Positions 1-8,840 of a stretch of 64,000 nt of DNA are shown here, piece after piece. How positions within the stretch are numbered: the first letter of the stretch is position 1; each line of letters starts with the position of its first letter. Below the pieces are notes generated by a model. That model was not told where the DNA came from and made no database searches. It saw only the letters and a program-made list of their open reading frames with translations. The stretch is from assembly GCA_963778665.1 (NCBI GenBank), contig CAVZVG010000003.1, forward strand, positions 128,813-192,812, in the 5' to 3' direction. A program made the position numbers and the translations under genes. The stretch is from an uncultured Gammaproteobacteria bacterium. Lineage in GTDB: Bacteria; Pseudomonadota; Gammaproteobacteria; JBBQDK01.

Positions 1-16
1 GAACAATAAACAAGTC

Positions 17-514
17 GTGACCGGGATTGCCTTGACACTGCTGTTGTCCACGCTGTCGGTGCACGCCGACCCGCTGGATGTGAAGCTCGGGCTTTGGGAA
101 ATAACCTACATGACACGGACCAGCGGCTCGATCATGCCGGAATCCGTCCTGAAGGAGATGTCGCCCGCGCAACGCGCGCGCGTCGAGGCCGCCATGCAAA
201 AACGTCAGGCGCAGCCGCCGCAGAGCCATACCCATAAGTCCTGTCTGACGCAGGAGGAGCTGAACCGTCCATTCGAAAAACAGGGTGATACGGAGGGCGA
301 GAAATGTACCAACACGATACTGACCGCCACGCGCACGGTGCAGGAATACAAGATCCACTGCACCGGGCGCATGCCCAGTAGCGGTGTGTCGCGCTTCGAG
401 GCGCTGTCACGCGAGCGCATCAAGGGCACGATCAAAATGAATATGCCCAACGGCACCGTAAACAACCAGTTGAGCGCCCGGTGGCTTGCGGCCGATTGCG
501 GCAAGGTGAAATGA
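17..514 (+). CDS. secreted DUF3617-like hypothetical protein (signal peptide; GLWEI motif)
   Basis: 165-aa ORF with a GTG start near the window edge, so the N-terminus may be truncated. Hydrophobic signal-like N-terminus; conserved Cys residues; ends before a strong terminator. Confidence 0.5.
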   Translation: MTGIALTLLLSTLSVHADPLDVKLGLWEITYMTRTSGSIMPESVLKEMSPAQRARVEAAMQKRQAQPPQSHTHKSCLTQEELNRPFEKQGDTEGEKCTNTILTATRTVQEYKIHCTGRMPSSGVSRFEALSRERIKGTIKMNMPNGTVNNQLSARWLAADCGKVK

Positions 515-594
515 CCGGCCATGGCAAGCCGGGGAACTTCTGCCGCACAGGCCGGTCCTACTAATCGATTCTCCCACTCCTGTAGTAAACTTGT

Positions 595-633
595 GACCCG
601 TCCCCGGACCCCCCGGGACGGGTCTTTTTTTTC
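595..633 (+). terminator. rho-independent terminator
   Basis: GC-rich hairpin GACCCGTCCCCGG/CCGGGACGGGTC followed by a T9 run, directly after the upstream ORF. Confidence 0.65.
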
Positions 634-667
634 TCCCGGCCACCCCTATTGCACCGGTGGATAAGCC

Positions 668-1246
668 ATGCCAGACAGCCAGTTACCCGACACGCCGGCG
701 CAATCCAGCCCGGACAGCATCCTGGACTTCTGGTTCTCGGCGCCGGTCCGCCCGCTGTGGTTCAAGTCCACGCCTGAATTCGATGCCGAGCTGCGCCGAC
801 GCTATGCGGATACCTGGCAGGCGGCGCGGCGCGGCGAACTCGGCGCGTGGGAAAGCTCGGCAAACGGCGCGCTGGCACTGGTGATCGTGCTCGATCAGTT
901 TCCCCTCAACATGTATCGCGACCGCCCCGAGGCCTTCGCCACCGAGGCCGCCTCGCGCGATGTAGCGCGCCGCGCCATCGCGCACGGTTTCGATACCGGC
1001 CTCGACAACAGCCGACGGGTCTTTTTGTATTTGCCCTTCATGCACAGCGAAGATCCCGCCGATCAGGATTACTCGGTGCAACTGTTCGCGCAGCCGGGCA
1101 TGGAAGACACGCTCAAATGGGCGCGGCATCATCGCGACATCGTGCGGCGCTTCGGCCGCTTTCCGCATCGCAATGCCGTGCTGGGCCGCGCCAGCAGTGC
1201 CGCGGAAATCGCCTATCTGGAATCCGAGGCGGCGTTCCATGGCTGA
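668..1246 (+). CDS. DUF924 family protein
   Basis: 192 aa. Motifs LDQFPLNMYR, YLPFMHSE and RFGRFPHRNAVLGR match my recollection of the DUF924 family. Stop overlaps the sprT start (ATGGCTGA). Confidence 0.55.
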   Translation: MPDSQLPDTPAQSSPDSILDFWFSAPVRPLWFKSTPEFDAELRRRYADTWQAARRGELGAWESSANGALALVIVLDQFPLNMYRDRPEAFATEAASRDVARRAIAHGFDTGLDNSRRVFLYLPFMHSEDPADQDYSVQLFAQPGMEDTLKWARHHRDIVRRFGRFPHRNAVLGRASSAAEIAYLESEAAFHG

Positions 1247-1829
1247 CTGCGGATCATCAGGCGGCACGGGGTTTGTGCTGTCAGCCGTGGAAAAACTCCG
1301 TCCCATCGATGCCGGCCGACAGCAGCAGGTCATCGCCTACACGCAGGCCTGCCTGGCACGCGCCGCCGCGCTGTACGGGCGCAAACTGCCATCGGTGGAG
1401 GTGCTGTTCGATCTGCGCGGTCAGGCCGCCGGCCAGTTCCGCTGGACGGCGCGGACCCGGCAATGCGTGATTCGCTACAACCCGTGGGTGTTCGCCGCCG
1501 ACTTCGAGCATCATCTGCACGACACCGTGGTGCATGAAGTCGCGCACTACCTCGTGTATCGCCTGCACGGTGCGCGTACCCGACCGCATGGCGCGGAATG
1601 GCGACGCGTGATGCAGGACTTCGGTATCAAACCCAAAGCCACCGGCCGTTACACGCTGCATGGCGTGCCTGTGCGGCGCCAGCAGCGGCACGCCTACCGC
1701 TGCGCGTGTCGCACCCACGAACTCACCAGCACCCGCCATAACCGTCAGCAGCAGGGCAGTGCGTATGTCTGCCGCCGCTGCGGCGAGCCCTTGCAGGCCG
1801 TTGCTTCGCCGGAGGCTCAGTGTGGTTAA
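1239..1829 (+). CDS. sprT: SprT family zinc metalloprotease
   Basis: HEVAH zinc motif; HGAEW motif; C-terminal zinc ribbon YRCACRTHELTSTRHNR...YVCRRCGEPL, collinear with the E. coli SprT C-terminus. ATG at 1239 overlaps the upstream stop; the ORF-track start 1173 is an upstream extension. Confidence 0.8.
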   Translation: MADCGSSGGTGFVLSAVEKLRPIDAGRQQQVIAYTQACLARAAALYGRKLPSVEVLFDLRGQAAGQFRWTARTRQCVIRYNPWVFAADFEHHLHDTVVHEVAHYLVYRLHGARTRPHGAEWRRVMQDFGIKPKATGRYTLHGVPVRRQQRHAYRCACRTHELTSTRHNRQQQGSAYVCRRCGEPLQAVASPEAQCG

Positions 1830-1844
1830 CAAAAAATGTTCTTG

Positions 1845-2075
1845 CCACGGAGGCGCAGAGCTCACAGAGAGGATGAAAACTGTTTTTCAGTGCCTAAGAG
1901 CGCCTAACAAAAAGCCATCACCACGGAGGACACGGAGAAATTTTATCAAAAGCATTCACCAGGGGGAATACGGGGAGCACGGGGGTAACCGCTGATAACC
2001 CCGTGCTCCCCGTGGTAATCGCTTTTCTGCATTGACAAAAAAATCTCCGTGTCCTCCGTGGTGAATGCTTTAAAG
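1845..2075. repeat. composite palindromic repeat element (family A, CACCACGGAGGACACGGAGA inverted repeats with an inner GC hairpin)
   Basis: Outer inverted repeats at 1918-1937 and 2044-2063 plus AAAGCATTCACC/GGTGAATGCTTT. Inner hairpin CGGGGAGCACGGGGG...CCCCGTGCTCCCCG. Related copies at 5558-5625, 20385-20650 and 46888-46988. Confidence 0.6.
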
Positions 2076-2104
2076 AAAAATCATGCGGCCGGCAATTCAT
2101 AAGA

Positions 2105-2515
2105 TCATCCGCTCATGATGCGCGGCCAGCGGTCATGCACCGCATCGGCCATTTCGGGTTCCACCGTCACCACATAGATGCGCCGTTCGTGCGCGTCGCG
2201 CGCGACCAGTCCCTGAATCCATTGTCCCCTGGTCAAGTCGTACCAATGCGAATGACCTTCCAGATCCTTCTCCATGAAACTCTTGACGGGAATCTTCACC
2301 GGGATCGGAAACCACTTGTCCCAACGGCCCGCATAGATCGAATCGAGCCGCGCCCAGCCGCCGAGCGGCAGTTGGCCGGCCTGCTCCCTGCGCCGTCCCC
2401 AGGGCAACAGTTCGACATGCCCGTCCTTGGCCTGCACCGGCAGCGCCGCCTTCGGATTGGGGAAATAGACACGGATGTCCGCGCCCTGATACGTGTAATA
2501 CACACCGCCACACAT
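2105..2515 (-). CDS. SOS-response-associated peptidase (SRAP/YedK)-like protein, short form
   Basis: Starts MCGG (Cys2, as in SRAP MCGR). C-terminal YVVTVEPEMADAVHDRWPRIM matches the SRAP motif ...IHDRMPVIL. Only 136 aa versus ~220 aa typical. Confidence 0.45.
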   Translation of the reverse strand: MCGGVYYTYQGADIRVYFPNPKAALPVQAKDGHVELLPWGRRREQAGQLPLGGWARLDSIYAGRWDKWFPIPVKIPVKSFMEKDLEGHSHWYDLTRGQWIQGLVARDAHERRIYVVTVEPEMADAVHDRWPRIMSG

Positions 2516-2542
2516 GCTGCAACCTGCTCGTGAATGCTTTCG

Positions 2543-2953
2543 TTACCGTCGCAATGCGGCGTCATCCCCAAGATTATCCTCCTGAAGTCGATAAACAATC
2601 TCCCCTCTCCCGCGAGCGGGAGAGGGGTCGGGGGAGAGGGCAAGGCGTATCCTTTCCAGCACAGAATCCATCTGCAGCATCACCTCGTTATTCCAGAACC
2701 GCAACAGGCGATAGCCTTGGGTACGCAGCCACGCATCCCGATACTGGTCATAGGCTATCCGCACGTTATGTTGCCCGCCGTCGAGTTCAATGATCAGTTG
2801 TCGCTCGACACTGACAAAATCGACGATGTAGCGGCCTATGGGTTTTTGCCGCTTGAATTTAACACCCATAAAGCGATGCGCTCGCAGGTGATACCATAAC
2901 CGCTGCTCGGCTATTGTTGGGTTGCTGCGCATGGTTTTGGCGTGGTGCAGCAT
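2543..2953 (-). CDS. DUF559 endonuclease-domain protein (Vsr-like fold)
   Basis: Motifs TIAEQRLWYHLRAHRFMGVKFKRQKPIGRYIVDFVSVERQLIIELDGGQH and LRFWNNEV. The 3' end reads into a GEG-type repeat element, as is common for DUF559 genes. Confidence 0.7.
   Translation of the reverse strand: MLHHAKTMRSNPTIAEQRLWYHLRAHRFMGVKFKRQKPIGRYIVDFVSVERQLIIELDGGQHNVRIAYDQYRDAWLRTQGYRLLRFWNNEVMLQMDSVLERIRLALSPDPSPARGRGEIVYRLQEDNLGDDAALRR
2600..2645. repeat. family E palindromic repeat (CCCCTCTCCCGCGAGCGGGAGAGGGG type)
   Basis: Perfect GC palindrome. Same family at 2990-3160, 5707-5747, 14944-15000 and 20345-20376. Confidence 0.6.
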
Positions 2954-2989
2954 AAGTTCCCTCTCTCTTTCAATTCTTAACCACCATCC

Positions 2990-3160
2990 TGTCCCCTCTC
3001 CCGGAGGGGAGGGTTCGGGAGAGGGCGAGACTCACGTGCGGCAGCAATTTAGTCCCTCTCCCAAGTGTTTTCCTTAATCAAGGAGGGGTAATTCACTCAA
3101 CCCCGCCAAGCACTCTCTATCCCATCCCTCTCCCCGCGCACAGGGAGAGGGTGCTTGCAG
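2990..3160. repeat. cluster of three family E palindromic repeats
   Basis: CCCCTCTCCCGGAGGGGAGGG, CCCTCTCCC...GGAGGGG and CCCTCTCCCCGCGCACAGGGAGAGGG hairpins. Confidence 0.55.
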
Positions 3161-3208
3161 AAGGCACCTTGGAGGGTAGCGCTTTCGTAAACCTGAAAAA
3201 ATCCATTG

Positions 3209-3349
3209 AACCGCCAAAGACGCCAAGAGCGCCAAGAACGCCAAGGAAGGCAAGCAATTTGACCCAGCTACCTTTTCACTGGTTGTGTGAATAGGCGGTT
3301 GGAAACATATATCAGATTCTCTTGGCGCTCTTGGCGTCCTTGGCGGTTT
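3209..3349. repeat. MITE-like element with TTGGCG-triplet inverted termini (family C)
   Basis: AACCGCCAAAGACGCCAAGAGCGCCAAGAACGCCAAGG at 3209-3246 is the inverted partner of TCTTGGCGCTCTTGGCGTCCTTGGCGGTT at 3321-3349. Related copies at 10388-10420, 20467-20545 and 58909-58925. Confidence 0.55.
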
Positions 3350-3352
3350 AAA

Positions 3353-4603
3353 CTAAATCGTTTGCCGGTGGCCGTGCGGTTTCCACGCCGGCGCGATGAC
3401 GTTGGGCATGGACGAGCGGTTCAACAGACGCGCCGGCGCCAGAGTGAATTCGCCGTAACGCTGGTTGATGCGATCCATCACGGCATGTACCGCGTGGGCG
3501 TTGCTCGGCGAGTCGTCGAACAGTTCGCGCTGTTGATCGGCGGGACGCGGATCGAGCGCGGTCACCTGTACCTGATGGATGCCGCGGCCCTGCCAGTAGT
3601 GATCGAGCACCGCCTCGCACAGCGTCATGATGGCGTGACTGTCGGCGCAGGGCAGCGCGGTTTTGAACTTGCCGCCGATCCAGCCGTCGTTGCAGCGCAG
3701 GCCGATGAAGAAGCGGCTTGCCTGCATGCCGTGACGGCGCAGCCGCGCGGCGACTTTTTCGCTCATGTGCAGAAGATAGGTGGTCAGTACTTCGCGCGCC
3801 CGCGTGTCGGGCGGCACCACCTTGCCGTGGCCGATGGATTTGGGCGCCGGGACATTGATGTGCATGGGCTCCGGGTCCTGTCCAAGACACATGTGCCAGA
3901 TGCGCCGGCCGGGATTGCCGAAGCGCTGCGCCAGCACGCTGATCGGCAGTTTCGCCATGTCGCCGCAGGTATACACGCCATGTTTGGCGAGAAAGCCGCC
4001 GATGCCCTCGGCGATGCCGCACAGTTCCGTGACGCGCGCCGTGCTCAGTCGCTCGCGCGCTTCCCACGGCGGAATGATCGTCAGCCCGTTGGGCTTGTCG
4101 AGTTTGGCGGCATATTTTGCCGTGGTCTTGTCGCCGCTTACGCCGATCGAACACAACACGCCGGAGGCGGCGAATACCACTTCCTTGACTTGCTGCGCGA
4201 TCTGCTCCGGCGTACCCAACAGGCGTTGGCAGCGCGTCACGTCGAGAAACGCCTCGTCCACCGAGAACACCTCGATATCCGGCGTGATGCTCTGCAGCGC
4301 ATCCATGATGGCGGTGGAGACCGCCGCATAACGCTGCGGCCGCGCCGGGCATTGGATGAGATCGGGACACAGCCGTCGCGCTTCCTTCAGGCGCATGCCG
4401 GTCTTGATGCCGTAGGCGCGCGCCTCGTACGAACAGGTGATGATGCAGGTGCCTTGCAGGCCGTTGGTCACGGCCACCGGGCGGCCGCGCCATTCGGGAC
4501 GGTCGCGCTGTTCGATGGACGCGAAGAAGGCGTTCATGTCGACGAGGATGATGGCGCGCGGCCAGATGTCAGGATGTGCGGCGGTCATGGCGGAGTCACT
4601 CAT
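3353..4603 (-). CDS. dinB: Y-family DNA polymerase (Pol IV/DinB-like), overlapping lexA
   Basis: N-terminal LVDMNAFFASIE and FSVDEAFLDV retain catalytic Asp/Asp-Glu equivalents of E. coli DinB D8/D103/E104, so this is not a catalytically dead ImuB. 416 aa. 8-nt overlap with the lexA stop. Alternative start at 4588. Confidence 0.75.
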   Translation of the reverse strand: MSDSAMTAAHPDIWPRAIILVDMNAFFASIEQRDRPEWRGRPVAVTNGLQGTCIITCSYEARAYGIKTGMRLKEARRLCPDLIQCPARPQRYAAVSTAIMDALQSITPDIEVFSVDEAFLDVTRCQRLLGTPEQIAQQVKEVVFAASGVLCSIGVSGDKTTAKYAAKLDKPNGLTIIPPWEARERLSTARVTELCGIAEGIGGFLAKHGVYTCGDMAKLPISVLAQRFGNPGRRIWHMCLGQDPEPMHINVPAPKSIGHGKVVPPDTRAREVLTTYLLHMSEKVAARLRRHGMQASRFFIGLRCNDGWIGGKFKTALPCADSHAIMTLCEAVLDHYWQGRGIHQVQVTALDPRPADQQRELFDDSPSNAHAVHAVMDRINQRYGEFTLAPARLLNRSSMPNVIAPAWKPHGHRQTI

Positions 4604-5186
4604 AGGTGCGCATCTGCCCGACCAGCACGCCCTGGATCTGCACGCGCTCGGCCGCGTAGCGCAGCGAAGTCATGGTGTGGTTGGCGGGAATCAATTCGAT
4701 CTCGCCGTTGCGGTGCTGCTTGATGTGTTTCAAGGTCACTTCGTCGTTGTCGATGAGTGCCACCACGACCTCGCCGTCGCGCGCGGCGTCGCGCTTTTCG
4801 ATGACCACCAGGTCGCCGTCGAGAATGCCCGCCTCGATCATCGACTCGCCGCTGACCTGCAAGACGAAGCGCTTCGGTCCATTGAACAGCGCATTGATGT
4901 CCAGCGACTGCTGATCGGCGATCGCCTCGATCGGCCGACCCGCCGCGATGCGTCCGAGCAAGGGCAGGGCATCCGCCGCGGGCGGCGTCGCGAGGCCGAT
5001 GCCGCGCCAGCCACGCTGCCGTTGCACATAACCCTTGTCGGTCAGCGACTGGATGTAACGATGCACCGTGCCCTTGGACTGCACGCCCACCGCCGCGCCG
5101 ATTTCGGTCAGCGTCGGGCCGTGTTCGTGGTGGTCGAGATGAACGCGGACAAAATCCAGGATGCGGCTTTCCAGTGTCGTGAGCAT
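4596..5186 (-). CDS. lexA: LexA repressor (S24 peptidase)
   Basis: HTH N-domain (MLTTLESRILDFVR...) and C-terminal S24 domain with the Ser (GESM) and Lys (VTLKHI) dyad context. GGAG Shine-Dalgarno 7 nt upstream of ATG 5186; the ORF-track start 5216 is an extension. Confidence 0.8.
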   Translation of the reverse strand: MLTTLESRILDFVRVHLDHHEHGPTLTEIGAAVGVQSKGTVHRYIQSLTDKGYVQRQRGWRGIGLATPPAADALPLLGRIAAGRPIEAIADQQSLDINALFNGPKRFVLQVSGESMIEAGILDGDLVVIEKRDAARDGEVVVALIDNDEVTLKHIKQHRNGEIELIPANHTMTSLRYAAERVQIQGVLVGQMRTYE

Positions 5187-5211
5187 GGGCAGGTCTCCAG
5201 GGTGTGAAAAC

Positions 5212-5240
5212 AGCATAGAGAACTTTTGGAGAACTTACAA
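5212..5240 (-). promoter_or_regulatory. candidate lexA promoter (-35 TTGTAA, 17-bp spacer, -10 TATGCT) with a direct-repeat operator GTTC-N7-GTTC in the spacer
   Basis: Minus-strand reading: TTGTAAGTTCtccaaaaGTTCtcTATGCT. The 8-bp direct repeat AAGTTCTC x2 sits ~34 bp upstream of the lexA ATG. No CTGT-N8-ACAG box is present. Confidence 0.35.
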
Positions 5241-5557
5241 GGCAAGATTGCGAGGCGATAAATACTTCCATAAAGACAATCTCTTGCATCTTCTTTGGCG
5301 GGTATGCGGGGTGTGTATCACGCGCCGTGCCGGGCATATTCAGGCGAATTCGCAGAGCCGCGGTTTGCAGTGCGGCGGCCCGGACTTGAGACAACAGGCG
5401 AGGGTTGCCCACCGTGTTCAGAGCCATTGTGTCCATTCGTCGTCTATCGATCCTCGATGTCTCGCTCCCGCACGCGGACGTCGTTCCGTTCACGAAGGCA
5501 TCGCTAGTGGTGTGTACTATTGATCACCAGGATGACATCGATACCCAATGACGCTTG

Positions 5558-5650
5558 GAGCGCCTGACAAACAGCGATCACCACGGAGGACACGGAGAAA
5601 TTTTATTAAAGGAACTCCTTAATTGCAAAGCCGTCATGCCCGCGAAGGCG
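5558..5650. repeat. family A half-element plus family G hairpin (CATGCCCGCGAAGGCGGGCATC)
   Basis: GCGCCTGACAAACAGCGATCACCACGGAGGACACGGAGAAATTTTAT is near-identical to 1890-1945. The hairpin recurs at 10340-10356 and 15072-15099. Together they create spurious ORF 5555..5797. Confidence 0.55.
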
Positions 5651-6029
5651 GGCATCCAAGTTTTTCAGGCGGCCTGGATTATTCGCTACGCGTTACCCTT
5701 CGCGCCGCCCTCTCCCCAATCCCTCTCCCGCAAGCGGGGAGAGCAAAATTCGGCGGGGCGTAGCCGGCGCGGACAAATAAATCAGAGCTTCCTTTAATGA
5801 CGGTTTTCGGATTGGTCAGGGGTTGCTTGGTATTTCCTGTTCACTGATATCACGCGCGTTGCAAGCGCGACGGATCAACGAGGTTTCTTGATAAACCGGC
5901 TCACTGACTTATACTGACCGGCGTACAAGGGTAAAAACAAACGGGATATTGATTGATATCCGACAACGGTCACCGGTCCATGTTTATTGCAAACCCGGGC
6001 TGCAATCAGGGCGCTGACTTGGATCAGGC

Positions 6030-7343
6030 ATGAAACTGAAACTTCACTGGCAAATCATGATCGCGCTGGTACTGGCCGTACTGGCCGGTGTCGCCAGTGG
6101 CAAGGATGCGGCGCTGTTCGGCATCTCGTTTTATGCCATGTTCGCGTTTATCGGCGCATTGTTCCTGAATGCGCTGAAGATGATCATCGTGCCGTTGGTG
6201 GTGTCGTCCATCATCGTCGGCATCGCGGGCATCGGTTCCTCGGGTGCGCTGGGTCGTCTGGGCGGCAAGACCGTACTGTATTACCTCAGCACCAGCCTGC
6301 TGGCGATTCTGGTCGGCCTGCTGATGGTCAATCTGTTTACGCCGGGCATCATCGACGGCCATCCGGCCCGCGAAGTGCTCGGGCAACTGAATGACAAGAC
6401 CGTCGGCGACGTGCTGTCCCGCGTGCAAGGCAAGGGCGCCGGCGACCTCGCGGGGATCTTCCTGCAACTGTTTCCTGCCAACATCATCGCCGCGGCCAGC
6501 AGTAACGGCCAGTTGCTGGGGCTGATCGTCTTCTCGCTGTTGATGGGTTTTTTCATGACCCGTATCGACGAGCCCTATGCGGAGACGCTGTATAAATTCT
6601 GGTCCGGCCTGAACCAGGTCATGATGATGATCACCGACCTGATCATCAAATTCGCGCCGATCGGCGTGTTCGGTCTGGTCGCCAAGGTGGTGGCCGACAC
6701 TGCAACATCCAGATTGGATGAGCTCGCGCAAACCGTCGGCATCTTTTTCCTGACGGTCATGGCGGCGCTGGCCATCCATTTCTTCATCATCCTGCCATTG
6801 ATTCTGCGCTACGTTGCCGGCGTCAATCCCTTGCGCCATTACAAGGCCATGGCGCCGGCATTGCTGATGGCCTTCTCCACCTCGTCATCGGCCTCCACCT
6901 TGCCGGTGACCATGGAGTGCGTGGAAAAGAACGCCGGCGTCTCCAACCGCACCGCCAGCTTCGTGTTGCCCTTGGGCGCCACCGTCAACATGGACGGCAC
7001 CGCGTTGTACGAATGCGTCGCGGCCATGTTCATCGCCCAGTCCTATGGCCTGGCACTGCCGTTTTCCGTACAGTTCACCGTCGTCCTGATCGCGCTGCTG
7101 ACATCGATAGGTGTCGCGGCCATTCCTTCCGCCAGCCTGGTCGCCATCACCGTCATTCTCGCCGCCATCGGTCTGCCCGCCGACGGCATCGCGATGATCA
7201 TGGCGGTCGACCGCATCCTCGACATGTGCAGGACGGCAACCAATGTGTTCAGCGATTCCTGCGGCGCCGTCGTGATCGGCAAACTGCAGGGCGAGCAGGG
7301 TATCCTTGAAGACAGCGACGAAGCCAGGATTGTGGGCGCTTAG
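6030..7343 (+). CDS. dicarboxylate/amino acid:cation symporter (DAACS/SDF family; GltP/DctA-like)
   Basis: 437 aa, ~10 TM segments. Family motifs: glycine-rich GIAGIGSSGALGRLG and a conserved C-terminal reentrant-loop region. Confidence 0.8.
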   Translation: MKLKLHWQIMIALVLAVLAGVASGKDAALFGISFYAMFAFIGALFLNALKMIIVPLVVSSIIVGIAGIGSSGALGRLGGKTVLYYLSTSLLAILVGLLMVNLFTPGIIDGHPAREVLGQLNDKTVGDVLSRVQGKGAGDLAGIFLQLFPANIIAAASSNGQLLGLIVFSLLMGFFMTRIDEPYAETLYKFWSGLNQVMMMITDLIIKFAPIGVFGLVAKVVADTATSRLDELAQTVGIFFLTVMAALAIHFFIILPLILRYVAGVNPLRHYKAMAPALLMAFSTSSSASTLPVTMECVEKNAGVSNRTASFVLPLGATVNMDGTALYECVAAMFIAQSYGLALPFSVQFTVVLIALLTSIGVAAIPSASLVAITVILAAIGLPADGIAMIMAVDRILDMCRTATNVFSDSCGAVVIGKLQGEQGILEDSDEARIVGA

Positions 7344-7384
7344 GCCGCATCGAGGACCGGGTTCACGATCCGGCCCGGCTTCAG

Positions 7385-8836
7385 TTGGTATCAAGCGCAG
7401 GCCGGATACAATGCACCGTTACTTTATGCAATGAGCCGAAGAACCGATCCGTGACAACTTCCGATTTCGACAAGCGGGTACTGATCGAGCAGGTGCGCTC
7501 TATCGAAGCGGAGCATGCGCTGGCCGACGACGCGCAGGGAGTCGCCGCCGATCTGCCCGCGCACAGTGATTTCGACGAGCGTCTCTGGCAACGGGCGCGG
7601 CAGCTTGTCGAGCGCAACGACTTGCAGTCCATTGTGGGGCGCGCCGCCATCCAGTCGCGCCGTGTCAATGGCATCGCCTTGCTCGTGGTTGCCGTGTCCG
7701 GTGCGCTGGCGACGAGTTACGCGCTTACCGCCGACCATGCCATCAATATCTACTGGCTGTTGCTGGTCCTGCTCGGTTTCAATCTGTTGTCCATGCTGCT
7801 GTGGCTGGTGGGCATCAGCCTGCATATGGAAGGCTTGATAAGCGGTGTGCTGGCCAAGCTGACCAGCTGGCTGCCCGCGCAGCTGAAAACCAATGGCAGC
7901 GTCGGCAGCCGCGCGGACCGCGCCTGGCTGGCCTGCAACTTCGGCGGCAAGGTCGGCAAGTGGCAGCTCAGCAAAATCGCGCATCAACTCTGGTTGGTGT
8001 ATATGCTCGCCGGACTGCTGGTGTTGGTGCTGGTACTGATGACGCGTCAGTACGACTTCGTCTGGGGCACGACACTGTTGTCCGATACGGCCTTCGTGAA
8101 ACTGACCAAGGCCTTGAGCACGCCACTGCAGGCATTGGGCCTGACCACGCCGACGCCACAGCAGGTTCAGGAGACGCGCATCGGCGCATTACAAGTATTG
8201 ACCGCCGCGCATCGCTACGCCTGGGCGCAGTTTCTGTTGGGCGCGTTGCTGTGCTTCGGCATCGTGCCGCGACTGCTGCTCTGGTGCTGGTCCGTGCTGA
8301 TGCGCGGCCTGGCCCGACGGCGCTTCGCGCTCGATCACTACCTGCCTTATTACATCGCTCTGCGCCAGCAATTGCTGCCGCTGGCGGGTCATGGCCGGAT
8401 CATCGACGCCGACACCTCGCCGCCTGCTGCCGATGCCGCGCCGCGCAGCGAGCCTGTGCCACACCAACTTCCGACTGAGGCGCAATGGGTGTCGGTCGAG
8501 CTCGGCGATGCTATCGCCTGGCCGCCGCAATCCGTCGACCCCGGCAGTGATCTCGGCCAGGTGGTCGATCGCGACTCGCTGACGCGGATATTGCAACGCC
8601 TGCAGCACGGCGCAGTGCCTGTGCTTGCCGTGGCGGTAGCGGCGGCCCGGTCGCCCGACCGCGGCGTGCAACGCACGATCGCCGACTTGATAGCGAACAG
8701 CGCGCAAGCCTGGCTGGTGCTGCTGCACAGCCGTGAGCATGCTGCGATCTCCACCACGCGATTGGCGGCCTGGTACCGGCTGGCCGAGGCTTGCAAGGTG
8801 CCTGCCGATCACGTCATCAGCATGAGCGTGGCGTAA
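7385..8836 (+). CDS. DUF2868-like polytopic membrane protein (partner of the downstream GTPase)
   Basis: 483 aa. TTG start at 7385, or GTG at 7451. Several TM helices (LLVVAVSGALATSYAL; IYWLLLVLLGFNLLSMLLWLVGISL; LWLVYMLAGLLVLVLVLM). Ala/Pro-rich C-terminus. The stop lies 4 nt before the GTPase gene. Confidence 0.5.
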   Translation: MVSSAGRIQCTVTLCNEPKNRSVTTSDFDKRVLIEQVRSIEAEHALADDAQGVAADLPAHSDFDERLWQRARQLVERNDLQSIVGRAAIQSRRVNGIALLVVAVSGALATSYALTADHAINIYWLLLVLLGFNLLSMLLWLVGISLHMEGLISGVLAKLTSWLPAQLKTNGSVGSRADRAWLACNFGGKVGKWQLSKIAHQLWLVYMLAGLLVLVLVLMTRQYDFVWGTTLLSDTAFVKLTKALSTPLQALGLTTPTPQQVQETRIGALQVLTAAHRYAWAQFLLGALLCFGIVPRLLLWCWSVLMRGLARRRFALDHYLPYYIALRQQLLPLAGHGRIIDADTSPPAADAAPRSEPVPHQLPTEAQWVSVELGDAIAWPPQSVDPGSDLGQVVDRDSLTRILQRLQHGAVPVLAVAVAAARSPDRGVQRTIADLIANSAQAWLVLLHSREHAAISTTRLAAWYRLAEACKVPADHVISMSVA

Positions 8837-8840
8837 AGCG

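Noticed and set aside
2560-3350. Possible CRISPR array suggested by clustered short repeats (also 20290-20700)
   Set aside because: The repeats belong to different families, are palindromic, irregularly spaced and lack uniform spacers. They are REP/MITE-like, not CRISPR.
3353-4603. ImuB of a lexA-imuA-imuB-dnaE2 mutagenic cassette
   Set aside because: Catalytic Asp/Glu residues are present and no imuA or dnaE2 flanks it; called DinB-like instead.
3287-4723. Long antisense or overlapping ORFs (e.g. 3287..4723+, 3348..4493-, 22868..24199-, 25343..26569-, 34032..36053-, 15041..16288-)
   Set aside because: They lie opposite or out of frame with well-supported genes (dinB, PAS-GGDEF-EAL, Rhs, EF-G). 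They have Arg/Ala/Gly-rich low-complexity products typical of stop-codon-poor high-GC DNA.
5187-5330. Canonical gamma/beta-proteobacterial SOS box CTGT-N8-ACAG upstream of lexA
   Set aside because: Not present; only CTGTtttcACAC with wrong spacing. The GTTC-N7-GTTC direct repeat is the only operator-like element.
5555-5797. 80-aa ORF MERLTNSDHHGGHGEILLKELL...
   Set aside because: Assembled entirely from repeat families A, G and E; no coding signal.
5830-6029. Possible tRNA or small RNA in long intergenic spacers (also 31516-31690, 38300-38790)
   Set aside because: No tRNA-like T-arm (GGTTCGAATCC-type) or anticodon-stem pattern found by eye; cannot exclude ncRNAs without a covariance search.
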